Source: Eutreptiella sp. 'Long Island Sound 2002'
Lineage: Eukaryota > Protista > Euglenida
Direction of reading: 5' to 3'
DNA length: 64,000 bases
Assembly: GCA_964036045.1 (NCBI GenBank)
Contig: OZ038379.1
Coordinates: forward strand, 76,012,001-76,076,000
The stretch's first letter is position 1. Each line of letters opens with the position of its first letter. The translations under genes and the position numbers were made by a program. The notes beneath the pieces are model-generated. The model made no database searches, was not told the origin of the DNA, and worked only from the letters and a program-made list of their open reading frames with translations. Of the stretch, positions 13,550 to 23,977 are shown piece by piece.

Positions 13550-13763
13550 CAATACGGCCGTATACCTTGTGTATACGGCCGTATACTCCAGGTATACGGC
13601 CGTATACCGCGAGTATACGGCCGTATACCTGCCCACCCATTCCGGGTATACGGCCGTATACTCGGGGGTATACGGCCGTATACTTGTCGTATTTGTTGCC
13701 AATTTCAATCGATTTTGACTAGCTCTTTGTTAGAATTCCACCCTTTCGTATACGGCCGTATAC
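13550..13763. repeat. Palindrome array 2 (7 copies, spacing 21,21,21,33,22,80 bp)
   Basis: Copies start at 13550, 13571, 13592, 13613, 13646, 13668 and 13748. An adjacent segment of about 62 bp is directly repeated (13684-13746 and 13765-13826). Confidence 0.92.
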
Positions 13764-13883
13764 TCGTCGTATTTGTTGCCAATTTCAATCGATTTTGACT
13801 AGCTCTTTGTTAGAATTCCACCCTTTCTTCCCATGTAGGTCCAGTATGATCCCTGGCCACTGCGGAGCATCACTGATTACAAA

Positions 13884-14974
13884 GTGGCCGAGCCCGAGGT
13901 GGAGTTGGTGGCGCCGAAGGCTGCCGCGGGCCAAGTGGTCTCCGGTCGGGAGTACGTGGAACCCATTCCGGTGGATCGGGGGGATGCTGCCAGTGCGCCC
14001 TCCGACCTGGCATACCACTGGCAAAGACACTGGGTACTATTCCCGACTGAATGTCCGTGCCAGTGGTGCACTGTATGATATTCGCCTGCCCATTAGGGTC
14101 ATTGCAAATTTGAAGGAGGGGGTAGTGGAGGCCATTTGGGGGGCTGCAGTGTGGAGCAAGAGCTCCGGGAAGGTGCGGGTTTTTTTGAGCACCACGGGGG
14201 AAAAATGGAGCATTTCGGACTCCATCATGGTGCTCCAAAGTTTTGGGGGAGAGCCTGTCCCCCTGGAGCAATCCCTGGCCCTCCAGGCCGAGTTGGCCGC
14301 GAGGGCGGGAAAACAGCTTGGGGGGAGGGGGCTGAAGCGGGCTCATGATGAGCCCGCTGAGGTGAGCGCCACCCCTGCAGCCCCCCCCCACCCGGAAGGC
14401 CCCCAAGCCTTCCGGGTCAGTTGTTGCTGCTGTTGCTGTGAGCTCAGGGGGGCTTGAGGGGTTTGGGGGGGTGGGGGGGATTGAAGTGGCTGCCCGCCGT
14501 GGCGCATGCGAGGCCCTGGGGGACCTCGTTGTGCCCAGCACCACTCACATTGTCAGTGGTGTTGTGGCGGGCTTGGGGAAGTCCCGGCTGAACATCTCCA
14601 AGGAGATTGGGGAGTTCAGCCGGACTTCCCTGACCTCCTTGAGGGAGGCCAATGCCTCCCTCAAGGAGGAGCTGAAGGCTGCCCATGCTGCGGGTGACGC
14701 CAAGGAGAGGAGGATTGTCGACCTGGAGGCCAAGTTGGCCGAGGCCACCACAAGTGCCCATGACTGGCATCTCAAGGCCAAGGAGTTGGAGACGCAACTC
14801 CAAGCGGCCAAGGCCAATGAGGAGTGGGCGAGGTCCATTGTGGCCCATAGTGTCACACGGACTGCAGCCCCACCCCAAGGGTCTGAGAGTCAGGGCAGTG
14901 GGAGTCAGGGCAGCGGGAGTCAGGGCAGTCAGTCCGCCTCCCCAGCACGTGGCCTGCCCCCAAAGCCGCAATGA
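13884..14974 (+). pseudogene. Cargo gene B: unknown globular region plus coiled coil and SQGSG repeats (frame-disrupted)
   Basis: ORF pieces 13884.., 13795..14457 and 14438..14974. Heptad-like LREANASLKEELKAAHAAGDAKERRIVDLEAKLAEA...LKAKELETQLQAAKANEE. 15-bp repeats near 14888-14932. Confidence 0.55.
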
Positions 14975-15004
14975 CTACCCCCATCCAACCCCGCCCTTGC
15001 AGCT

Positions 15005-15589
15005 TTGTGCCGAGAGTTGGTGTACCGCAAATTGCACATCTTGGGTGTACAAGTGCACAATGTGCAGTTTGGGGCTACAGGGACACGCCGGCAAGGGAAG
15101 GATTGGCGTTGTGCGCGCTTGTGCAGCGGGAATGAAAGGCAAAGGGAGCTAATTTGCCTTTCAAATGCACATGTGCATGCAAATTTTCCAAGGTGGTTCC
15201 ATTGGACCACCATTCAAGTGGTACAATGCAATACTTCACAAAGAATGCCGGGCCATCGCCATATGAAGGATCCTTCTCCGCTTTCCGCCATTTGCGTTGT
15301 CGGGGCGCATAGTGGTGGGGAGGTCTGTGTGGAAACAGGTGGAGTGCTCCATAGTCCCACGCAAGGGACCCCGATGCGGTTGGATGTACATGGAGGTGGT
15401 GTTGTGGATGCGAAGGCCTACAAGGGCTGGCCGGGACTGGTTTTCAACTCCAAAGCCCACCACGGGCCTGCCCCATGGAGGGGGGAGCGCTATGCCATTG
15501 TTTTCTACAATGGGTGCAACACGGATTACCTCCCTGATGAATCTGTTGAAGAGTTATTGGCCTATGGCTTTCGTCCTTGGGGCCACTAG
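15005..15589 (+). CDS. Cargo gene C: TET/JBP-like 2OG-Fe(II) dioxygenase domain, HxD changed to HxH (possibly inactive)
   Basis: FHWTTIQV...GHRHMKD (15251-15271)...SAICVVGAHSGGEVCVE...LVFNSKAHHGPAPWRGERYAIVFY follows the TET/JBP order HxDxxD/N, GG strand, distal His, R-x-small. 5' end uncertain. Confidence 0.72.
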   Translation: MCRELVYRKLHILGVQVHNVQFGATGTRRQGKDWRCARLCSGNERQRELICLSNAHVHANFPRWFHWTTIQVVQCNTSQRMPGHRHMKDPSPLSAICVVGAHSGGEVCVETGGVLHSPTQGTPMRLDVHGGGVVDAKAYKGWPGLVFNSKAHHGPAPWRGERYAIVFYNGCNTDYLPDESVEELLAYGFRPWGH

Positions 15590-15595
15590 TGAGCA

Positions 15596-15661
15596 CCGTA
15601 TACTACTAGTATACGGCCGTATACCCTTGAGTATACGGCCGTATACCCGAAGTATACGGCG
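15596..15661. repeat. Palindrome array 3
   Basis: Full copies at 15609-15624 and 15631-15646, plus half copies at about 15596 and 15652. Confidence 0.88.
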
Positions 15662-16001
15662 AACGGTTTGCGCTGAATCTTGCATGTTGTGCCCTTGTGG
15701 CATGTGCCTGTGCGCACGGTTCCATTGGGCAACTGGCCCACATATGCCTGGAACATTTTTTTGCAGCAATTATTCTAACCACTATGTTTGCGAATGCCCA
15801 TCCGAAGGAGAAGGGGCTCTGTTTGGAGAGTATTCAAGAATTTTGTGAGGGAATCAAACCCGGCAATTGACCCCCTATGCAGTATGTGATCTGCATCCAC
15901 AAACGTCAACGCCACCACATTTTATTTTGTTTCACATCATATGGCCCACCCCGTTTTTTTTACATTAGGATTGCAGGGAAAGAGGACAACGGCAAAGACG
16001 T

Positions 16002-16708
16002 TTGTGGATGCAATCGGTAGCATCAGCATTGCTTGGAGATGATGTACTTTTACGACCCTATGCCCAAGGCCTCATGATTATTTTAAAAGATGGTGAGGTG
16101 GATGCGGCCGACAAGGAGGCAATTAACCTACTCCGATGGATGCGGCGGCACCACCTTTCCATCCGGGCATTGAAGGGTTGCATGAGGACAACATGCACTT
16201 GGGACCATGTGATGGCAATGCGTAAGACCATCACACCTCACCTGTCCAAGGGGAGGGTTTTGGAGGTGGCCACTAAAGGGGGTACGCGGACATGTGGGGT
16301 GGTGGAATTGCATGATATTGTCACCACCATGGTTGCATGTGCCCATGCTGATGACAGCATTCGGAAGTATGAGGAGAATACATATTTGGCTGTTGTAATC
16401 TGTTCTGATGCCACTGTTTTTCATAATGCCAGTGCCACACGCTGTGACGTGTTTGTGGACCTATGGGAGGATAGGGGGGCACACCATGATGGTCAGGCAT
16501 GGGCCTCATGGTGGGTTTTTGATGGGGGGGATGATATGGCCCACCTGCAAAGGATGGATGCCGTGGGGAAATTGAATGACCAAGTCAAAAAACTTGAAGC
16601 CGAGGGTGGCATAGAAATTGGGGGAACTCCCAAAAAATTATTATGTTTTAAAAGTGGGGATGGGAAAGTCATGATGTCGGGTTCGTATGGGAAATGTTGG
16701 AATTGCAA
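16002..16708 (+). pseudogene. RAG1/Transib-type DDE transposase, N-terminal half (interrupted by a LINE)
   Basis: LAVVICSDATV (first Asp), WWVFDGGDD, FKSGDGKVMM (second Asp), GKCWNC (Zn CxxC). First ATG at 16074; an upstream acceptor TAG at 15966-15968 is possible. Confidence 0.8.
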
Positions 16709-18320
16709 CTGCCTTTGCGCGCGGTCAACCGAGATAAGTGGGGTCCATGGCTGTGGGGGACACTGCGATTGCCGGGGTATGGGGCACCCTGGGAAACCGG
16801 GCCGGTGCTGTGCCCACGGTGTGGACAGCGCCATGGCCTTGCAGTGCAGGAGTGCCTCTTGTCATGCCCCTCCGAATCCCGGTTTTGGGACATTTGGACC
16901 GACGCATGGGAGACATGGAAACCGGAGGCAACCAAGTGGCGACGAACGGCGTCCGCAGACGAACTGCGCATGTGCACCCGCTTGCAGTTCCCACACTCCC
17001 TTCAACGATCCTTCCTTCCAGTCCAGGCGCACTGGAGGGTGGTAGTTGCCACATGGCACTTCCACGTATTCCAGCGATTGCAGGCGTGGGTCGTTGACAA
17101 GCTGCAGCACGCCCCAACTTTCGTCAGCAACAAGCGGCCCACGCACATTGTCCCACCTGTTGCTGGGGCCCTGCCGCAGGTAGCTAAACCTACGGCCCGC
17201 AACATTTGGAACCACGTGAGAGGCGTACTGTCGATCCCGCCGCCATCAGAGCCACGTTTCACAGATACTGCGCCCACGGTGGAGGAACTTCGGTGGCAAT
17301 TGACACAAGCGGTCACCACTGCCGAGCGCACGTGGGTCTTGGAGGCCATGGCCCGGCACCACCATGTAGCACCGCCGCGCAAACGGCCCAGAGAACCGTC
17401 GCCGCCACCGGCACAGGCTCCGGTCTCACCGCCGCGCGAGTCTCGTGAAATTCATGCCGGACCCTTCCTGGAACAGGCTAGGCGTCTCATGCTACACGCC
17501 CAAATGCAGGCCGCACGACTCTGCCTGGAAGAGGTGGCGCAGGCACTCGCCCGGCAAGCCGTCACACAGAAGTCCCTCTTCTTGGCACACCACCACGAGC
17601 ACTTGTGCCGGCAAGCGTACTTCCTCTACAAGGAACATACGACGCGGTGGTATGTAGAAGCGCAACAGGCGGTCTACCACTTGTCCTGGATGGCGGGTTC
17701 TCGCCGACTACGCTTCCGCCAGTGGCGAACAGCTGTCCTCCCCGAGGCGCGGTCCACGGTGTCGCGCAAGCTCGCCGTGGCATCCTCGTGTTGGGAGCAG
17801 GCACATGTTTCGCTGTCCACCGGCATCCAAGCGGAAGAAGCATCCGAATGGCGGCATATGTCCCAAGTGCACGCGGTGACCCTTACGGCCTTACGGCGGA
17901 CGACTTTGTCGGACCCCCGACGGGACATCCGGGGGGCCACCGCACAGCGCACGAAGCGCTTGCGGGACGAGATCCCACCCGAGACACACAAGAAACGGAG
18001 GACAGAGGCGCCGGAGGTTCCTAGTGATCTCCAGGATATGGAAATCCCGCTGGAGGACATGGGCGATGTCATAGTCTTGACTGGATTGTAACACCCTGAG
18101 AGGTCCGGGAGGACGCGCATACCCGTGCAAACGGGGCGACAGGGGTGGGGCAAGGCGCAGGACTCGTTCCTCCCGCCACCCCGCCGCAGCCGTCTTGGTG
18201 AGGGTAGGTCATACCAAACCCATACCCAAAGTCGGCCCTGTCACTGACCCATGACCTGCTATGTGTACTCTCAATGGACACTTGGTGGAACTTCGGTCAC
18301 GAGTTAAAAAAGAAAAATAA
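16709..18320 (+). mobile_element. 5'-truncated non-LTR retrotransposon insertion (1,612 bp) with a 17-bp TSD
   Basis: TSD AAATGTTGGAATTGCAA at 16692-16708 and 18321-18337. A-rich tail AAAAAAGAAAAATAA at about 18306-18320. Open frame to 18091 starting with a Zn-knuckle-like CPRCGQRH...ECLLSC. Confidence 0.9.
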
Positions 18321-18337
18321 AAATGTTGGAATTGCAA

Positions 18338-19181
18338 TCTCAAGTATGACCAATTCCAAGCCCATTTATTTGCAATTGCAGATTTTCCAGTGGTTCCTCG
18401 CATTGGGTCCCTTATGTCTTGCATCCCTCCCGTCCGCAATGTTGGAGATGTGGCACATTGTTGTGCAAGGGTGGGGACAGGCACTGGGAAACGTCTCAAG
18501 GACAATGCCCGCACATGGGGCTCACCAGGAGCCCTAAGGGCCGTGTCCCATTTCATTTCTAACCTCCGACAAGAGGCGAAGCACATCCCTGTGGCTGAGA
18601 GAGTGATGCGTGCTCCCTCGAAAGAGAAGGAACACACTCTCGACATTAACGCCTCTCGCCTTTTTTTCGAAACACCTCAGTTGCACGCCAAGTTGGTGCG
18701 CATTGTTGCAATGTATTGTACCCATGTTGTGAGGTGGGAGGGCAACAGGTGGTTCAAAACCAGTGCCGTCCTGCACCTCATGTTGCAGGCCTGTTACTAT
18801 ATGCAAAAGATTTGGCGCCATGTGGGTCCTGTTCCCATGGATCAACGCCAACGTTATGCATGCATGGTTACGGTTTGGGTGCATTGGGTGGTGTGCCACA
18901 GTGGGGCACACCTCCAAAGGTGGGGGAATTTTATTAAGTTTTCCTCCATTCCCACGGAATGGAGGAACAAAAGTTTTAAAATGGACATCCGCCATTGTTT
19001 TCAAGGGTGGAAGCTGAGCGAGCCTTATGTCACCCGATGGGGACTAAGGCATGCTCTGCATCTGGATGCCCTTGAATGGGGCATCCGGTTGTGGTTTGGG
19101 GAAAAGGGCTTGGGTAGAGAGGGGATCAGGTTTGGCATGCAATGCATGCGGAAGAAGCATCGTGCACCAAAGCACATGTAG
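18338..19181 (+). pseudogene. RAG1/Transib-type DDE transposase, C-terminal half
   Basis: In frame with the N-half once the insertion and one TSD copy are removed (KCWNC-NLKYDQF). Motifs GDVAHCCARV, VHWVVCH and GNFIKFSSIPTEWRNKSFK. Confidence 0.82.
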
Positions 19182-19437
19182 GTATATATCATGTGATATG
19201 ATATGATGTGCAATATGCATAAGTATGTATAATAGGTATATATAACATGCGGAAGTGGATCACATTTGACATTTCGGATGGGACATCAAAGAAGGATGCT
19301 TCTTGTGGTCTTCTGCTTTGCTCATATGGTGCTCTTTTGTGTGTACAATGTGTTTGGGGGTTGGAGAGTCATGAGTACTTGCAAGGGGGGGGGGGGTAGT
19401 TGATGAGAATGGTGGCATGGGTGTGAGGCAGAAAGTC

Positions 19438-19482
19438 CCCGTATACTCCGAGTATACGGCCGTATACTCCGAAGTATACGGC
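19438..19482. repeat. Palindrome array 4 (right subterminal)
   Basis: Full copy at 19452-19467 flanked by half copies; ends CCGAAGTATACGGC as array 3 does. Confidence 0.85.
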
Positions 19483-19899
19483 AAGAATACTTCTCCAATA
19501 CTTCGAGTATACTGCCAAATACCTCAAAAAGTGTAGATTGCCACACACAGGTGTGGGTGTATGGAATTGGCTTTGTGGTTTTTTGACCCTCCCCCCCCCC
19601 CATTTTCAGGGTGCTACTCATTTTTTCATATCCCATGGGCACACGGAACGACTAGGTACATGTGACAAAATGGCTGTTTTAGGGGGTATTCTTGGTATGC
19701 CAGGTTATGCTCACCATATGCTTGCCTGCCTGCTTGCCTAACTGACTGATTGGCTGATTGTCAGCCTAACTGGCTGACTCTAGTCTCTCTACCAGGTGCC
19801 TTGCCAAAGGCAATAGAATTTGGTTGGCCTATAGTTGGCACCGTGCATCGATTCAGACCCAGGTTCCAGTATTTTTTTCTTCCGTATGGACCCTTGAAC

Positions 19900-21830
19900 C
19901 GCTGATGGGGGTCCAACTTTCCAAGATGGCTCCCTATGGGATGGGGCCACATCGGTGAGAACTTTATTATTTTTGGGCCACCATGGGTTCGCTGAAAAAT
20001 GGCGTTGAAAAAATTTTGGGTAATATCTGACAACCCTTGGGGACCCTTGGGCTGCTGTTTGGTGATTCTTTGGTGAACAGGGGAGTATGTCTCAACCCAT
20101 GGAGAGCTATGCGGCACCAACTAGGCACTCCTCGCAGTGCTTATTGGCTTCCATAAGTGCCGTTTGTCTTTTGTTTGCACAGTGGTGCTCACAACTTGGT
20201 TGGCCTATAGCTGGTGTTGTGCGGCAATGTGGACCCAGGTCTTGGGGATCTTTTTCTTTTCTACATGGACTCTAACCAATTAAAGGGATCCCTTGGTGCT
20301 ATCTATCCCCCTTTTGTAGCTTCTCATGTGGCCTTGGGATCGGCAACTGCTTACGATCCTCTTCAAAATCCCGCCCCCTCCACGGCTGCACCCTTTTAGC
20401 AATGGGGCTCCAGGCTTGACTTTCACCAAGACAGTTTCTTGAAAGCGGTACCGCGGCGGGCACCTGCCTTTCACATGCCCGATGTCTTTGTTTTTTTTTG
20501 CTCGCTGCTAGTGGGATGACTTCGGAGGGATGCCTTGGGTGCGTTGTTGGAGGTAGTCCGGTTTCCTTGGTTTTTTCCAATTTCCGGCCTCGTCTGCCTC
20601 GTCGGCTTAGTGTGCCAGTGTGCAAGCCTAAGCTTACCGCCTCTGCACCACGCATCCACCTCCATTTTCTTAGTATGGGACAAGCCGATTGTCATCCCGC
20701 GGCTAGCTCCACGCATGAGCCATTCAACCTTCCAAGTGATCCGCAGACTTTCCTTGCGTCGGGCTAGATTCATGATTGTCTGTCCGCAAATTCTCGCAGC
20801 TGCTGGGCGGGTTGGCTGAAAAATGGTGATTTTTGGGCGACCTCTGACAACCCTATGAGACCCTTGGGCTATTGTTGGGTGGTCGTTTGGTGACAGTGAT
20901 AGTACGTATCAACCCACGGGAAACCATGCTACTAATGGATCCCATGGATGCCTACAAAATCAGTCTCTTGGAGGTTCAAGGTTCGGGGCGGTCTCTCTAT
21001 AAGGTGGACTTGCCAAAGGCAATAGAAGGCAACCCTTGACGGACCTCCGGACCCTTGGGGCATTGTTAGGTGATCATTTGTTGACAATGGGAGTAGGTAT
21101 AAACACATGGGGAGCCATGATGCTCAAAAATCTGATGGATGATCGCAAAATCAGCCACTTGGAGGTTCATTGCTCGGGGCGGATTCTCTGCAGGTGGACT
21201 TGCCAAAGGGCCATTGTTGCCCAAGCATTTGGTGACAATGGGAGTAGGCATGAACACATGGGGAGCCATGTAGCACCCACTAGGCCCTCTCAGCCGGGCT
21301 GAATGGCCCTTAAAAGCAGCGTTTTGGGCTTGTGTGCACTGTAGTGTGAAAGTTGGTTGGCCTATAGCCGCCACCGTGTGGTGTCTCAACCTATAGTTCC
21401 ATTCCACCTTTTTCTTCTATATGGACCCCTTATCCAATAACGTGGGACGTGCTTATCTCCAAGCTTTCCAGATCGACCCCCAAATGGGGCCCCACAGGTG
21501 AGAACTTAGCCGTTTTCAAGCTGGCATGGGTTGGCTAACTTCGCTGGGACCCCCAATCGCTACCGGGGACCCTTAGGCTATTGTTGGGTGATCATTTGGC
21601 GACCACGGGAGCATGCCCAAAGCCAAAGGAAGCCACACCGCCGGTGGATGTGATGGATGGTTCTTGCACTTTTCTCCCACTATCGGTGATTACCGACCCA
21701 ACAAGGAAGTGGGTGACCGCCACGGGGTTCTCAAGGCTACCAAGCCGAGCAATCAAGTTGAACAACATGAAGAAAATGACGGCATTTGATTTGGGTATAT
21801 GCCACCTACCGCATGTTAGGCCCATGTAGC
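19900..21830. repeat. Degenerate satellite-like repeat; a related block lies at about 59400-60230
   Basis: Recurrent GGGTGATCATTTG(G/T)TGACAAT...GGGAGCCATG...CACTAGGCCC motifs in both blocks; boundaries approximate. Confidence 0.55.
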
Positions 21831-22379
21831 CAGCCCCCCCCCCCCCCCCGCAAGCCCCGAAATTGTTGTCTAGGTGATTAGTGGTTCAAAATTTTCAACA
21901 ATATGATTTTTTTCCATCAACCTTCAACGGGCTCTAGTATGGGTTTGGGTCATCATGTGGTAACAATTAAGGTACTAGCACCCCATAGGGAGCCACATGT
22001 TGGCTGTTAGGCCCATGTAGCTTGGGCCATGGCCACCCCAAAAGTCCCCAAATTGCTGTTTGTAGGGTGTTTAGTGGCCGTGGACAATTTTAGATTTTTT
22101 TGCCTTTTTCCACAAACCTTTTGATGGCTTTGTGATGGGTTCGGGTCATCATTTGGTAACCATACGGGTACTCTAGCACCCATGGGGACCTAGGTAGTAG
22201 TTGCTAGGACCGTTCCCATTTGGAACCCATTTTGTAGCACAACCTCCTCACACAGGTTTGGCCTCAACATCTTAAAATTCAAAATTCTATTGCCTTTGGC
22301 AAGTCCACCTCGCAAAGAATCTACCCCAAGCAACGCACACACAAAATAGGGAAAAAACGACATAAATACGGCCTAAATA

Positions 22380-22800
22380 CATGCCTTGGATGGTCATTTT
22401 AGGTGATCACGGTATTAGAAAAATAAGTTTCGAAAACTTGCATTTTTGAGCTGCCCAGGGTGAAAAACTGAATCAGTAGGTTGTGTACCCATCCCTTGGG
22501 AGACACCCCCCCCTCCCCCCCGACCTAAAAACCAAACAAGGTGAAAAATAGGTAAATATGGCGTGAAACATGCTTTACATACCTTGGATGGTCATTTTAG
22601 GTGATCACAATATCAAAAAAACAAGTTTCGAAAACTTCGATTTTTGAGCTGCCCGGGGTGAAAAACTGCATAAGCAGGTTCCGTACCAATCCCTTGGGAG
22701 ACCCCCCGCCCCCCCCCCCCCCCCCCGTGCGCCCAATACCCAAATAGGGTGAAAACACATGAGTAGGGCCTAAAACATGCTTTACATAGCTTGGATGGTC
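22380..22800 (-). repeat. About 200-bp tandem unit family (CTTGGATGGTCATTTTAGGTGATCAC...TTCGAAAACTT...GAGCTGCCC); + strand copies at about 48610-49090 and 49865-50200
   Basis: The same motifs can be read in each block, in inverted orientation; a partial copy lies at about 24370-24450. Confidence 0.7.
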
Positions 22801-23302
22801 TGTCACAACATCCCCACTCACACCCCACAAGACTGGGTACCACGGGTCACCGAGGTCGCCAAAACCGCCAACATAGCAAAAATGGCTGAAAAGTGCATAA
22901 ACTGCATAAGCGCTCGTCCCACTCCGCCCCATACAAACCCCATGGAGTCGGGACCCAGAAACACTTTTTCAGCTCAAAATCAAAAAAACCAAACGATTCA
23001 TGATTTTCGACCCAAAAACGGGGGGGGGATTTCTTTCGACATTTTTGCCCCCCCCCCCCCCTCCCTCAAAACCTCCAAAAAAGTGGGTTTCAAGTGGGGG
23101 GGTCTGGGGGGCTCCGGACCAAAAACTCATTGGGGATGTGTTTATTCGACAAAATAATGATTTTACAAGGGGTTAAATTAACAATTCAACACCTTGGGGT
23201 AGGGTACGCGAATAGGCCCAAAAAGGCCCAAAATGGGGGGTATGTGGCGTTTTCCCCTATATACGCCTGCCTGGCTTTGATCTAAGAACCTCTGCGAGGT
23301 GA
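22801..23302 (-). repeat. Dispersed non-coding repeat R1 (about 520 bp), minus copy
   Basis: Reverse complement of 38476-39005 and 49223-49755 (TCACCTCGCAGAGGTT...GGGGATGTTGTGA). Confidence 0.85.
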
Positions 23303-23499
23303 TTTACAAGACTTTTTTCAATATTGTGACCACCCACAGTGATAAAATGTCCCATGTTCTCTTTGTGCAGTTTTCGATTTGTTTGCCTGCTGGTGTGCAA
23401 GGCGGGGGGGAGGGGGTAACTTCACAAGGGCTTGGTGCGCAACTTGCTTAATGCAGAGTCAACAGCTCATTGAACAGCTGAATCAACAGCTAAATTGAA

Positions 23500-23760
23500 A
23501 TCACCTCAAAGAGAGGTTGTTAGATCAAGCGTAGGCGCATACGCCATGTCCCCCCCCCCCTTTTTGGGCATGTTCGCGCAGCATTCCCCAAGGCATGATA
23601 TTGTATGTCTATCCCTTTGTAAAATCAGTTTTTTGCCCGACAAAACAATCCCCCAATGGAATTTTTAATTTTGAGCCCTCTATCCCCCTGAAACTGGATA
23701 CCACGTTTTTTTGGGGGGGGGTCCAAAGTTTGGGCTCAGAAGGATTTGAACCAGGGCCGG
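23500..23760 (+). repeat. Dispersed repeat paralogous to 10240-10500; partial copies at about 6700-6960 and 38170-38340
   Basis: Shared AGAGAGGTT(G/A)TTAGATCAAG, CCCCAAGGCATG, CCCCAATGGA.TTTT.ATTTTGAGCCCT.TATCCCC, CTGGATACC. Confidence 0.65.
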
Positions 23761-23819
23761 GTAAAAACAAAGCTGATACATCGACCAGCAACACGATCGC
23801 CGGCCAAGATTCAAACTGA

Positions 23820-23977
23820 CGCCCGCCAACCGCCAACCGCCAGCGGCGACCAACCACCAACCGCCAACCACCATCAACCACCAATCCCCAACCACCAACC
23901 GCCGCCAACCACCACCAACCTCCACCAACTGCCAGTCGCCAACCGCCAACCGCCAACCGCCAACCGCCAACCGCCAA
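23820..23977. repeat. (CCAACCG)n / (ACC)n-type microsatellite
   Basis: Repeated CCAACCG and CCAACCA heptamers; these generate the spurious WRLAVGG ORFs. Confidence 0.9.

Larger units (their letters stand above)
10655..19719 (+). mobile_element. 9,065-bp TIR DNA transposon with a RAG1/Transib-type transposase and dioxygenase/PHD cargo
   Basis: TIRs ATATGGTGAGCATAACCTGGCATACCAGGAATACC (10655-10689) and GGTATTCTTGGTATGCCAGGTTATGCTCACCATAT (19685-19719) match 34/35. The flanks join to match an uninterrupted paralog at about 24053-24200. Confidence 0.88.

Noticed and set aside
13550-13763. CRISPR-like repeat-spacer array
   Set aside because: Repeats are 16 bp and spacers mostly 5-6 nt, far too short; eukaryotic context; no cas genes. 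Kept as a transposon palindrome array.
16002-17045. 347-aa ORF as a single protein
   Set aside because: Chimeric: after 16708 it reads into the LINE insertion out of frame.
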